From: a virus
Virus record (IMG/VR): IMGVR_UViG_3300047300_000501
Location: 1-64,000 of that record
Direction: 5' to 3' (one strand)
DNA: 64,000 nt
The position numbers and the translations under genes were made by a program. The notes beneath the pieces are model-generated. The model did no database searches. It saw only the letters and a list, made by a program, of their open reading frames with translations, and was not told the DNA's origin. Of the stretch, positions 39,576 to 50,196 are shown in pieces. The first letter of the stretch is position 1. Every line of letters begins with the position of its first letter.

Positions 39576-40243
39576 TATCAGTTAAGATTAATGACAAGCA
39601 CCTTATGAGAGATCTAAATAATATTATTAATTACTCATTTGGATTTTTAGAAGGCATCAATAAGGGCAAGAAAGTATTTCTAGATAACCTAGGTAAAGAT
39701 ATCACAGAGATGGTCAAAGAGTTTGTAGACTCTAGCGCAAGAGTAAATCCATCTAGGCTACATCATATTTATGAGTGGTATCAAACAGGTAGCCCAGAAG
39801 CAAGACTGTTTGATATTAATTATACTGTTAGTAATCTTGGCCTTTCTTTTAAGTCTACTCTTTCTCAGTCACGTACAATTAAGAATGGATCAACTACCCC
39901 ATTCTATGACAAAGCAAGAATCATGGAAGAGGGCATGCCAGTTACCATTGCTCCAGTAAAAGCAAAAGTCTTAAACTTTGAGATTGATGGAGAAGAAGTA
40001 TTCACTAAAGGTCCAGTAGTTGTGGACAATCCTGGAGGAGATACACAGGGTGGCTTTGAGTCTGTAGTTGATCAGTTCTTTAATCAATACTTCTCACAAG
40101 CATTTTTACGTAAATCTGGTGCACTATCAGAATTAGAAAATGTACAAATTTACAAGAATAACTTTGCTGCTGGTTCAAGGCAGGGAAGAGGAAAGGGCAT
40201 TGAAACTGGCTATCGCTGGATAGTAAATGCAAAGGTATCATAA
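39572..40243 (+). CDS. Neck/tail completion protein
   Basis: Synteny between head closure and tail terminator. Confidence 0.5.
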   Translation: MISVKINDKHLMRDLNNIINYSFGFLEGINKGKKVFLDNLGKDITEMVKEFVDSSARVNPSRLHHIYEWYQTGSPEARLFDINYTVSNLGLSFKSTLSQSRTIKNGSTTPFYDKARIMEEGMPVTIAPVKAKVLNFEIDGEEVFTKGPVVVDNPGGDTQGGFESVVDQFFNQYFSQAFLRKSGALSELENVQIYKNNFAAGSRQGRGKGIETGYRWIVNAKVS

Positions 40244-40758
40244 TGGCAATCTATCATCCACCTACATTTATTAATGCATATTTATCTGCCAAAGTTCCAT
40301 CATATTTACCAGATAGATTTTCTGGATCTATGAAATTTTTTCCAACTTCTCCAACAGACATAACTGCATTAACTGAGACATTTCCTGCTGGACAGGACGA
40401 AGTTTTTTGTGTTTATGACAGAATGCTTAAAATGAGAAGAACTCCATTTCCACATATTAAATCTGAACAACTAATGTACTATTTTTATAAGATGGCAGGA
40501 GACCCAGAGGCCCTCATTGAGACAACTCAGATTGTTCAAGATCTGTTGGATAGTGAAGATGAGTCAGCCCAAGATCTAAATGAATGGATAAAAAATAATC
40601 CAATTATTGGTCCAGATGGGAAACCAATGCCTCTGCCATTTTTTCATAGACTCAAGATCTATCAACTGCAAGAAACCCGTGATATTGTTGACTTTGGCAC
40701 AGCCCGTACCTTTGCTGGTAATAAGATAATTATTGATTACGACTGGCATAAGTCATAA
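40243..40758 (+). CDS. Tail terminator candidate
   Basis: Immediately upstream of the tail tube gene. Confidence 0.45.
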   Translation: MAIYHPPTFINAYLSAKVPSYLPDRFSGSMKFFPTSPTDITALTETFPAGQDEVFCVYDRMLKMRRTPFPHIKSEQLMYYFYKMAGDPEALIETTQIVQDLLDSEDESAQDLNEWIKNNPIIGPDGKPMPLPFFHRLKIYQLQETRDIVDFGTARTFAGNKIIIDYDWHKS

Positions 40759-40828
40759 TAAACGCTGTTATAATTGGTAGTGAGGAAACAAACGCCTTTA
40801 TTTCAAACAGAAAAAAGAGGTGAAAAAT

Positions 40829-41464
40829 ATGGCATATTCAAGAGGTAATAGTTCTCAGATTATCGTGGGAGCAGCAGCGCTGTTCACATACGAACTCGGT
40901 GAACTAGACAGTGCAAGTCTACCAGCATACGTAGATGGTACTTCTTATAAGGATACTCTGACAGGAACTCAATTGGCTCCTACAGATTTCCGCAATGTTG
41001 GATATACATCTAACGGTCTAGAAATCACGTTCCAGCCAGACTTCGCAGAAGTCGCAGTGGATCAGGTTCTCGATGCTGCAAAACTCTTCAAGCAGGGCAT
41101 GCAGGTTAACCTTAAGACTTCTTTCGCAGAAGCAACTTTGGAAAACCTTCTTTTTGCACTTGCAGGAAAAGATGCAGATCTAGCAACAGTTAGTGGCAAC
41201 CCAACACTCAACATGTCAGCAGGCGATATTGGTGAATGTCCAGTAGAGCGTGGACTTGTTGCAGTCGGACCAGGTACAGGTGACTGTGCTGAAGGTTCAA
41301 ACTTGGAAAGAATTTATGCAGCATACCGTGCACTTTCAATTGAGAGCGTTACAGTATCTGCCAAGAGAGATGCAGCGACAATGTTCGATGTAACTTTCCG
41401 CCTTCTTCCAAACAATGATGGTTCATACGGTAAGATCGTTGATCGCACTGTTACACCAGCATAA
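40829..41464 (+). CDS. Major tail tube protein
   Basis: IIVGAAALF, VGYTSNGLEITF, VDQ, FAEATLENL; SD GAGGTG; terminator follows. Confidence 0.85.
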   Translation: MAYSRGNSSQIIVGAAALFTYELGELDSASLPAYVDGTSYKDTLTGTQLAPTDFRNVGYTSNGLEITFQPDFAEVAVDQVLDAAKLFKQGMQVNLKTSFAEATLENLLFALAGKDADLATVSGNPTLNMSAGDIGECPVERGLVAVGPGTGDCAEGSNLERIYAAYRALSIESVTVSAKRDAATMFDVTFRLLPNNDGSYGKIVDRTVTPA

Positions 41465-41483
41465 TACAATTTAATATAAGATT

Positions 41484-41525
41484 AGCCCAGACCCTTGAAA
41501 GTCTGGGCTTTTCTGTTTTCTTTTT
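41484..41525 (+). terminator. Rho-independent terminator
   Basis: AGCCCAGAC / GTCTGGGCT followed by a T-tract. Confidence 0.85.
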
Positions 41526-41539
41526 GGTATACTGTTTAG

Positions 41540-42217
41540 ATGGCAAAACGAGTATACAAAACTGGTTATATAGAAGATATTCATGGAAATCTTATATCAG
41601 TTTCCCCACTTAAAATTAAATATATGAGAGACTTTATGGATAAATTTGTTCTTGTTTCCCAAGCCCAAGATCAAGAAGATGCCTTAGACCTGGTCATAGA
41701 ATGTGTATTTATTTCAATGAAACAATTTGCCCCAGGAGTTTATCCAGATAAAGAAGCAGTTGCTAACAGTTTTGATCTAAAAACACTTTATAAAATATTA
41801 GAATTTGCTGCAGAGATTAAAACCTCTGGATCAGAGAGTAATGAGAAAGAATCAAAAGATGGCACCACTTGGGAAGATATAGATTTGCCAACATTAGAAG
41901 CAGAGGCATTTTTGACAGGCATATGGAAAAATTTTGAGGAACTTGAAGAGTCAATATCAATGCCAGAACTAACACTCTTATTATCTACTAAAAGAGATCT
42001 TGAATATCAGCAAAAGAAGTTTGATGCTGCTATGCAAGGTGTAAATCTTGATGAGGAAACTGATAAGTCAGATCCTTGGGAAGATATGAAAGCAAGAGTG
42101 TTTAGTGGTGGTAAAGCAAAAGATTCAAATGACATTATGTCGTTTCAAGGTCCTAAAGCACAAAAAGCAGGGTTTGGTATTGGCATGGGATTAGACTACG
42201 AAGATTTAACAAAATAA
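41540..42217 (+). CDS. Tail assembly chaperone, G-T-like long form
   Basis: N-half homologous to 42265..42603; extra C-half WKNFEELEES.SMPEL. Confidence 0.65.
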   Translation: MAKRVYKTGYIEDIHGNLISVSPLKIKYMRDFMDKFVLVSQAQDQEDALDLVIECVFISMKQFAPGVYPDKEAVANSFDLKTLYKILEFAAEIKTSGSESNEKESKDGTTWEDIDLPTLEAEAFLTGIWKNFEELEESISMPELTLLLSTKRDLEYQQKKFDAAMQGVNLDEETDKSDPWEDMKARVFSGGKAKDSNDIMSFQGPKAQKAGFGIGMGLDYEDLTK

Positions 42218-42264
42218 GCGTAGGTTTCATGCTATAATTGGTAATGTCTACAAATGGAGGAAAA

Positions 42265-42603
42265 ATGACTACAACAGTATATGAAGCAAATAAAGTAGCA
42301 CTTATGGACGGTACAGAGATTGAACTTAAGCCACTAAGCGTTTCACTGCTTCGTAAATTTATGAAGACCTTTGATAAGATTGCAAAGGTAGCAGACGATA
42401 ATGATAAATCAATGACAGTTCTAATGGAATGTGTAACAATTGCACTAGAGCAGTATAAGCCAGAGTTGGCAAAGGATGCAGCAGCGTTGGAAGCAAATAT
42501 TGACCTTCCTACGGTTTACAAGATTGTGGATGTTGCGTCAGGTATTAAGTTGGGTGAAGATTCATTTTTGAATAGCGCCCTTGCAGCAGCAAACGCTGAA
42601 TAA
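42265..42603 (+). CDS. Tail assembly chaperone, G-like short form
   Basis: Between tube and tape measure genes; SD GGAGG before ATG 42265. Confidence 0.7.
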   Translation: MTTTVYEANKVALMDGTEIELKPLSVSLLRKFMKTFDKIAKVADDNDKSMTVLMECVTIALEQYKPELAKDAAALEANIDLPTVYKIVDVASGIKLGEDSFLNSALAAANAE

Positions 42604-42622
42604 GATAAAGAGGTGAGAATGA

Positions 42623-45600
42623 ATGTCAGATGTTAATGCTAATATCAGCGTTAATATTGACACGTCTGCAGCCCTAGGTGAATTAAAAAATCTACAGCGA
42701 CAGATCTCACTATTTCATAATCAAATAGCAAAATCGTCTGCATCAGCAGCGATAGCACAAAGAAACCTGCAGCAGGAATTTGTTAACTCAATTAATGCTA
42801 CAGGTCAATTTGCTGCTCGTATGCAGACAATTAAAACATCTGCCGAATCATTTACCACATCGCTTGAGAAAAATAAGTTCTCAATGCGAGAGTACTTTAG
42901 ATACGGGGTAGCCTCCTCTAAAAGTTTTGGTAAGGTATTTAAGACTGAGTTCGAAACAATCAATAAGGTTGCTGAAGAACGTGTAAGAAAACTACAGACA
43001 CAATATATCAAGATGGGCAGAGATGCCTCTGGAGCAATGAAGGCAATTGCCGTTACACCACTTGCTCTTGATATGGAAAATCTAGGAACAAAGACAATGA
43101 TGGCTGCTCAAAAGCAGCAATTGTTTAATCAACTTCTTGCACAAGGAACAACAAACCTAGTTAACTTTGGTAAGAATACACAGTGGGCTGGTCGTCAGTT
43201 GATGGTTGGTTTTACTATTCCATTAAGCATTTTTGGTTCTACTGCATCTAAGGTTTTCATGGATCTTGAAAAGCAGGTAATTAGATTTAAAAGAGTTTAT
43301 GGAGACTTGTTCACATTACCATCTGAAACAGAAGCAAACCTAACAGTAATTAGAGGTCTTGCCTCAGAGTTTACTAAGTATGGTGTTGCGATTGCTGACA
43401 CAATGTCGATTGCTGCAGATGCAGCAGCAGCAGGTTTTTCTGGTAGAAAACTTGAAGAGCAAGTAAAGGCTGCAACTAAACTATCTATTCTTGGTGAAGT
43501 AGATAAACAACAAGCATTATCAGCAACTATTGCAATGCAAACAGCATTCAAGATGAACAGCGACCAACTTGCAGAGTCTATTAACTTCCTTAACGCAGTT
43601 GAAAACCAATCTGTAGTAAGCCTTCAAAATTTAACAGATGCAATTCCTAGAGTAGCGCCAGTTATCCAAGGTCTTGGTGGAGATATCAAGGACATGTCCG
43701 TGTTCCTTGCAGCGATGCAAGAAGGTGGTGTTAATGCAGCAGAAGCAGCCAACGGTTTGAAGTCTGCTTTAGCATCTATCATTAATCCAAGCAAGGCAGC
43801 AAAAGAAATGCTTGCCAGTGTAAACATTGACCTCAACGCAATTACCACTCGAAACGAGGGTAACGTAATGAGAACAGTTCTAGATCTAGCAGATGCCATG
43901 AAGGAACTAACACCACTTGCAAGACAAAGAATTCTGGAACAACTATTTGGTAAGTTCCAGTTTGCAAGAGTATCAGCACTTTTTGATAACATTGCAAAGT
44001 CAGGATCTCAAGCAGCCAATGCCCTTGAACTTGCAAAAATGTCTTCACAAGATCTTGCAGCAATTGCAAACAAGGAATTAGGTGCAATTGAAGAAAATAC
44101 AGTCACAAAGTTTAAGGCATCTATTGAAGCACTAAGAGAATCAATTGCTCCAGTTGGAGAATCATTCCTTAAGGTTGTAACCCCAATTATTGAACTTTTT
44201 ACAAAGGTTGCAGACAAATTTAATAATCTTTCTGATGGTACCAAGAAGGTTGTCACAACACTTGTTACCCTATTTGCTGGAGTTGGCCCTGTTGTCTTGA
44301 TGTTAGTTGGTCTTATTGCTAACTTTGGTGGACAGATGCTCAAACTATTTGGTCTTATCCGTAATGGTTATTTAAGACTAAGTGGCCAATCAAAGTTTTT
44401 GGGAGAGCAAACCCAATATCTTACAAGTGAGCAGATGCAGGCAGAAGCAGTCGCACACTCGCTTGACCAGGTTCATGCTAGACTAACACAACGATTTACA
44501 GTTGAGGCAGATGCAGTTAATAATCTTCGCAATGCCTACTTGAGCGCTGCTGCAGCAAGCGAAAGATTTGCTTTTAATAACCCAGGAATGATGATTCCAC
44601 AATCTCGTCAACCAAAGAGATATGCAGAAGGTGGGGTTATTAGCGGTCCTGGAACAGGCACATCAGATTCTATAATTGCAAGGGTATCTAATGGAGAAGC
44701 AATTATTCCAGCAGCATCTGTTGCAAGAAACCCAGACCTAGTCAATGCACTTGTATCAAATAATATTCCTGGTTTTGCTTCAGGTAAAAATCCAACAACT
44801 GGAACTGTACTTGGTGGCACATTTAGATCAAGACAATATTCTCCAGTTGCAATGATGGCTCCAGGAAATACTCCTGGTGGATTTGGAATGGACAGAGAAT
44901 GGCTTCTAATGAACGAAGAGGCCAAGGCATCTTTTGCTGCATCTGTAAAGACAGCAATGATGATGGAACAAGGCATTCGTGCAACACAAGCAAATTATAG
45001 AAAGTTTGGCGAAAATCTTGCACCAACCCTCGATACCATTTTTGATATCTTTAAGCAAGGTGTCACAGATGATGTAACTAATATTTCACAAGTAGGACAA
45101 ACACAGTATCCACTTATTATTCAAAGCCTGGAACAAATGGCTGCAAATGGACAACTTGCTGCATCAGATTTGAAGTCAATGTCTGTTGCTGTTAGAAAAC
45201 TTTTAGCACCACTAGAAAGTGACTTGACACAGCAGAATATACAAAGAGTTGAACTTGCAGTAAATGATGCTGGAGAAAATTTTGTTAAGAGAGCGTCTAC
45301 AGAAAGATTTGGATTAAGTTATAAGGATCAAATCAAGAAATCGTTTTCTTCAGAACTTGCAATGCGTGGAATAGCACAGCCAGCAGATTATCCTGGTTCT
45401 TATCAGTTTGCTCATATTCCATATTCTGCACCAACAGAAAAATATGTAGAGCCATTCTTACGCAAGAAGGCAGGTGCTGGATCTGCAATTGAACAACAAG
45501 TTCTACAACAACTAAAGAATGGTGCAATATTTAAAGAAGGTCAAATCTTAATTGAGCAGCAGGCAATGCAGGTTGGACGTGTTGCAGTCGGAGCAGTTGC

Positions 45601-48600
45601 TAAGGGAGCAGGAACAGCATCGCCATCACACTTCACTGATCAAACTGGTCAAGATATTGACAATGGACTTATTATTGGAATGGAGAAGCGTTCAGGTGCA
45701 GTTGCTGCAGCAGCAGCAAAGGTTGCAAATGGAGCAGTGACACAGTTTGAGCAGACTGCTTCTGGACTTCTTATTCCAGCAGGTTCTGGAAACAATAGTG
45801 GTATGTCTGGACTTCCAGAAGGGTTTACTCCAACATCTGGAATATCAGATACAATGATTGGTCCAATGCCAAAGCAATCATTGCGTGGTAAGTTAGGAAA
45901 GGCTTATAAGAACTTTAAGCAACAGCCAATAAAACAAAAGGCATCAACGATCTCTGGTGGTGCAATGCGTGGTGGAATGGTTGCATCTGGAGCAATGATG
46001 GCTGCATCAATGTTGCCTGGTCCTATGGGACAAATTGCACAACAAGCAGCACCAGTTGTTATGGGGCTACAATCTCTTGCCATGGCTTTGCCACTATTGA
46101 CTAATCCAGTTGGACTTGCAGTTGCTGGAGTTGCAGCGGTAGCAGCAGGATTCTTCTTCTTAAAGAAAAAGCAAGATGAGTATGTAAAGAGTTTACAAGA
46201 TGCAGGAAAGAAAGAGGCTGAGGCACGTCTAGGAAATATTGAATCTATTCAGGCTTACTCTCGATATGTTGGAGATAAAGCACTTCCATCAGAAAGACAG
46301 TTTAACCGAGTTGGCGATAAGAGATTTATTGATGCTGATCTCGCAAAGGCAGCAAACTTTAGAAAATTCTATTCTGAGGAAGGCAAGACTATTGGTAACC
46401 AATTATCTGGTCGTATGGGTAAAGCAAATGCGTTAGATGTATCTGCTAGAGATGTTGCACAAAGAGCAGCATCATTTGGTTTGGGGCCAGCAGATATTGC
46501 AGCCAATATTAAGGCAGCAGCAGAACTTAGTGGTGTAAGTGAGATTAAGTTAAAGGGTAAGGTTCAAGAACTTCTTAATAAAGACGGCAAAGATATCACT
46601 AAGGAACCACTAACACTTGATGCAAGAATTAACTATCTAAGCAAAGCATCTGAATCAAGCCTATCAGTTATTCAAAGAAAAATTGATCAGATCAAGCCAC
46701 CACAACTACAAACAGATGCAAACGGTAATGTTGATTATTATGGCTATAATGCAGAGGTACAAAAGAGCAAAGAGACTCAAATCAAAAATACTAAGTTTGC
46801 AACAGTTGGACTAACCCTTGCACTTGAAGACCAAAAGAACTCACTTGCAATCCTTAATGGAATGTACGTGGATGGAAAGATTACAGTTGATCAATATAAT
46901 GCTGCATATGAAGCACAGATGGTTAACTTTAGAAATATCAAAAAAGCAACAGATGACTTAGTAAAATCTTTAGATAAGGTTGACCCAAGTGGTAAGGCAT
47001 CTCAGGCAGCAATTGAAGATATGGCTGATCAAACATTTAAGGGTCTAGAAAAAACAAATAAGAAGGTTGCAAAACTACTTAAGACAACCGTAACAAAGAG
47101 CCTGCCAAAAAACATGAGAACAGAAGTTCTTATTGCGTATGCAAATGGAAGTTTATCAGCAACAGATATTTTACAACTAGATTCAATTCTTAGTGAAATG
47201 AAGGGTAAGACCTACGAGCAAAAGGTTAAGTTTGTTGGAGACCTAACTGGCCTTTCTGATGCACTGCAAGCCCAACTTGATTATTCACTGGCAACAGAAA
47301 ATCTTAGAATTGCACAAGAAAAGTATCGTAAGGCAAAAGAACGTGGAAGCACAGCACTTGAAAAGTATAAGAAGAATCTTGACAATGCCAAGGGATCTGT
47401 AGAAAAACTTAAGAAGGCAATTGAGTCAGGTGGAAAAGTAACGAAGGACTCTCCAGAAGTTCCAGGAGGCAAGAGTGTAAGTGAAGGTGGCGGAGCAGCA
47501 GACAAGCCATACGCATTTGTTGATGATCTATTAAAGAAGTTAAAGTTAGTACGCAATAACTCTATTGATGCTACCAAGGGTGTAAAGGGCTTTATAGCAG
47601 CACTCAAGGGCGATATGAAGGGCTTCAAGGGTACAGATGAACTTCTACGTGCAGGAGGCGCTACTCAGGGCTTCATTGACATTGTAGGCGGTCTTGATGC
47701 AGTCACCTTTAAGAAGATTGAGAAGAGATTATTTACATTTACTAAGGATGGAAAGTTAAAGTTTGGTGATCTTGGGTCAGCAATTCAAAAGTTTACTAAG
47801 GAAGTTGAACTTGGAAGTTTTGTAGATCAACAGCAACAAGTTGTTAAGAATGCAGATCAGCAAATGACAGCCTATACTAAACTTAAAAATGCTGGAGTTT
47901 CTGCAACCAAGATTACTGAAATCTTGGGTAATGAGGCTTTGACAACTGCTGTAGCAGCAGAAAAGGTTGGCAGCACAGACTGGAAGAACTTTATTGCAGG
48001 TGCAAAGAGCGCAACAAAGGGTGTAACTGAACTTGGTAAAGTTTTAAAGATTAATGCATTCTTGGCAGACCAAGAGCAAGAGACATCTACAGATAAGATG
48101 AATGAATACTTTGCTGCACAAGAAGCAATCATCAGACAACAAGCACGAACAGACTTCAAGAATTTAAGAGGGTATACACCAGAACAGTATGAAGAGGTTA
48201 TTGCTAAGCAACAGGAGTCTGTAGACCTAGCGCAAAAGGCTGTAGAAGAAGAGCAAGCCAAGATAGATAAGATCCAAGAAGAGGTTGCTCTTTATAATAG
48301 AGGCCTAGAACTTATTGGTCGAGAAGAAGAGGTAATCAATAAATCTTACGAAACAAGAACTAAGGCAATTGATGATCAAATTTCTGCACTTGAAGATGTC
48401 AAGAAGGTTAACCAACAACTCATCGATCAGCAAAAACAGCAGACTGATTTAGCAGGAGCCCTTTCATCTGGAGACATTGGAGCAGCAGCAAGAATTGCAC
48501 AGGAGATGAGAGCGGGAGCAGCACAAAATTCTCAACAAGCACTCATTGATAATCTTGGTAAAAACAAGACTGCGCTTGAATTACAAAAGCAAAAAGACAT

Positions 48601-49555
48601 TGAGGCTATTCAGGTACAAATTAACGGTCAGTACTACACTAGAACTCAACTTCAAGATCTTATTGTTAAAAAAGAAGATGAAATTTATCTAATTGAGAAT
48701 ACAACATTAAAGTCACTTCAAGATAAGGCTAAGACACAAGAAACAATCCTTGGTGATATGCAAAGAATTATTGATAAATACAATAAGGATATGACTACTG
48801 CAATTAACAATGTTACTAATGCTACTGGGCAAACAAAGGCCGAATGGGAGGCCGTGAATGCAGTAATTGACACGACTGCAGATTGGCTAGGAGATGAACA
48901 TTTACTAGGATTAACCGATGATGTTGCTAATGGCACACTGAAGATTGAAGATGCTTGGAAGAAGGTTCTTGCAGCAATTAAGGCTGCTTCTGATGCTGCT
49001 GCTGCATTTGGAGCAGGCGCAAACGTTAAGGCTAATACCACTCCAACAGGATCACCAACAGCAGCACCAACCCAACTAAATGCTGCACAACAGGAGATTG
49101 CTAAGACACAAATAAGTGCTGTGCAGTCATTAGTAAAGAGTGGTCAAGTAGACAAGGCAGAGTCTGCCACAGTCGCTATGATGAAAGAGATTGCTGCAGT
49201 AAAGCCAATTGCTGCACAAGATGTTGTAGCAATGAGAAAGGCAGCACTTGGATACCTAAGTACTGGTGGACTAGTTCCAAAGTATTTTGCAGCAGGAGGC
49301 TTTGCCCGTGGTTCTGATACTGTACCAGCAATGCTTACACCAGGAGAGTTTGTTATGAGTAAGTATGCTGTTAATCAGCATGGCCTTGGTACTATGAAGG
49401 CAATCAATAATGGTCAAGAAGTTGGCGGGGCAGTGTATACTTATAACTTAAGTGTTAATGTTAAGTCTGATGCAAACCCTAACGATATTGCAAGAACGGT
49501 TATGGCACAGATTAAGCAAATTGATTCACAAAGACTTAGAGGGGTAAGACAATAA
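42623..49555 (+). CDS. Tape measure protein
   Basis: 2310 aa, Ala-rich helical; TP901-type core; GPGTGTSDSI and GSDTVPAMLTPGEFV motifs. Confidence 0.92.
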   Translation: MSDVNANISVNIDTSAALGELKNLQRQISLFHNQIAKSSASAAIAQRNLQQEFVNSINATGQFAARMQTIKTSAESFTTSLEKNKFSMREYFRYGVASSKSFGKVFKTEFETINKVAEERVRKLQTQYIKMGRDASGAMKAIAVTPLALDMENLGTKTMMAAQKQQLFNQLLAQGTTNLVNFGKNTQWAGRQLMVGFTIPLSIFGSTASKVFMDLEKQVIRFKRVYGDLFTLPSETEANLTVIRGLASEFTKYGVAIADTMSIAADAAAAGFSGRKLEEQVKAATKLSILGEVDKQQALSATIAMQTAFKMNSDQLAESINFLNAVENQSVVSLQNLTDAIPRVAPVIQGLGGDIKDMSVFLAAMQEGGVNAAEAANGLKSALASIINPSKAAKEMLASVNIDLNAITTRNEGNVMRTVLDLADAMKELTPLARQRILEQLFGKFQFARVSALFDNIAKSGSQAANALELAKMSSQDLAAIANKELGAIEENTVTKFKASIEALRESIAPVGESFLKVVTPIIELFTKVADKFNNLSDGTKKVVTTLVTLFAGVGPVVLMLVGLIANFGGQMLKLFGLIRNGYLRLSGQSKFLGEQTQYLTSEQMQAEAVAHSLDQVHARLTQRFTVEADAVNNLRNAYLSAAAASERFAFNNPGMMIPQSRQPKRYAEGGVISGPGTGTSDSIIARVSNGEAIIPAASVARNPDLVNALVSNNIPGFASGKNPTTGTVLGGTFRSRQYSPVAMMAPGNTPGGFGMDREWLLMNEEAKASFAASVKTAMMMEQGIRATQANYRKFGENLAPTLDTIFDIFKQGVTDDVTNISQVGQTQYPLIIQSLEQMAANGQLAASDLKSMSVAVRKLLAPLESDLTQQNIQRVELAVNDAGENFVKRASTERFGLSYKDQIKKSFSSELAMRGIAQPADYPGSYQFAHIPYSAPTEKYVEPFLRKKAGAGSAIEQQVLQQLKNGAIFKEGQILIEQQAMQVGRVAVGAVAKGAGTASPSHFTDQTGQDIDNGLIIGMEKRSGAVAAAAAKVANGAVTQFEQTASGLLIPAGSGNNSGMSGLPEGFTPTSGISDTMIGPMPKQSLRGKLGKAYKNFKQQPIKQKASTISGGAMRGGMVASGAMMAASMLPGPMGQIAQQAAPVVMGLQSLAMALPLLTNPVGLAVAGVAAVAAGFFFLKKKQDEYVKSLQDAGKKEAEARLGNIESIQAYSRYVGDKALPSERQFNRVGDKRFIDADLAKAANFRKFYSEEGKTIGNQLSGRMGKANALDVSARDVAQRAASFGLGPADIAANIKAAAELSGVSEIKLKGKVQELLNKDGKDITKEPLTLDARINYLSKASESSLSVIQRKIDQIKPPQLQTDANGNVDYYGYNAEVQKSKETQIKNTKFATVGLTLALEDQKNSLAILNGMYVDGKITVDQYNAAYEAQMVNFRNIKKATDDLVKSLDKVDPSGKASQAAIEDMADQTFKGLEKTNKKVAKLLKTTVTKSLPKNMRTEVLIAYANGSLSATDILQLDSILSEMKGKTYEQKVKFVGDLTGLSDALQAQLDYSLATENLRIAQEKYRKAKERGSTALEKYKKNLDNAKGSVEKLKKAIESGGKVTKDSPEVPGGKSVSEGGGAADKPYAFVDDLLKKLKLVRNNSIDATKGVKGFIAALKGDMKGFKGTDELLRAGGATQGFIDIVGGLDAVTFKKIEKRLFTFTKDGKLKFGDLGSAIQKFTKEVELGSFVDQQQQVVKNADQQMTAYTKLKNAGVSATKITEILGNEALTTAVAAEKVGSTDWKNFIAGAKSATKGVTELGKVLKINAFLADQEQETSTDKMNEYFAAQEAIIRQQARTDFKNLRGYTPEQYEEVIAKQQESVDLAQKAVEEEQAKIDKIQEEVALYNRGLELIGREEEVINKSYETRTKAIDDQISALEDVKKVNQQLIDQQKQQTDLAGALSSGDIGAAARIAQEMRAGAAQNSQQALIDNLGKNKTALELQKQKDIEAIQVQINGQYYTRTQLQDLIVKKEDEIYLIENTTLKSLQDKAKTQETILGDMQRIIDKYNKDMTTAINNVTNATGQTKAEWEAVNAVIDTTADWLGDEHLLGLTDDVANGTLKIEDAWKKVLAAIKAASDAAAAFGAGANVKANTTPTGSPTAAPTQLNAAQQEIAKTQISAVQSLVKSGQVDKAESATVAMMKEIAAVKPIAAQDVVAMRKAALGYLSTGGLVPKYFAAGGFARGSDTVPAMLTPGEFVMSKYAVNQHGLGTMKAINNGQEVGGAVYTYNLSVNVKSDANPNDIARTVMAQIKQIDSQRLRGVRQ

Positions 49556-50196
49556 TGACATCTGCAAACTATATGCTTGGTAGAAAGAAGTATGCAAGAC
49601 CACAAGGTATGCTTTGGGCAGACAACTCTGGAACACTTGTTAATGGAATTTATGTACCAAATGGATATGAAGTAAATTCAGATACAGGATCTGAAACAGA
49701 TACAAGTACATTTAATCAGTTTATTATTCTTTCAGACGACAATAGAGCACCACTTTCATTTGCCCCTACAAGAATTGAAAAAAGAGAGCGAATGGTTAAT
49801 GGTCGCATGCGCTCAACACATATAGCAGATAAGTTAACTCTATCGACAAGTTGGACTCTATTACCATCTAGATCACACTATGTCAATCCAGACTTTAATT
49901 CTTCTACTGGTAAATCATCCTACGCAGGTAATAACTCATTTGAGTATACATCTGATGCAGGTGCAGGTGGAGTAGAGATTTTAGACTGGTATGAAAATCA
50001 TAAAGGATCTTTTTGGGTTTATCTGTCATACGATAAGTACTCTAACTTTGGTAAAGATGATAATGCCTACGGACATTTAGACCAGTATAGCCAAATTATC
50101 GAGATGTTCTTTGCAGATTTTTCTTATTCAGTTGAAAAGCGTGGTGGGACTAATCATGATCTTTGGAATATTTCTGTTACCCTGGAAGAAGCATAA
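49555..50196 (+). CDS. Distal tail (Dit)-like protein
   Basis: Follows tape measure; RMVNGRMR; ends WNISVTLEEA. Confidence 0.65.
   Translation: MTSANYMLGRKKYARPQGMLWADNSGTLVNGIYVPNGYEVNSDTGSETDTSTFNQFIILSDDNRAPLSFAPTRIEKRERMVNGRMRSTHIADKLTLSTSWTLLPSRSHYVNPDFNSSTGKSSYAGNNSFEYTSDAGAGGVEILDWYENHKGSFWVYLSYDKYSNFGKDDNAYGHLDQYSQIIEMFFADFSYSVEKRGGTNHDLWNISVTLEEA

Noticed and set aside
42805-49041. Many 60-130 aa alternative-frame ORFs inside the tape measure gene (similarly 35772..36401 and 20007..20846)
   Set aside because: Shadow ORFs from biased codon usage; no SD, promoter or recognisable motifs.
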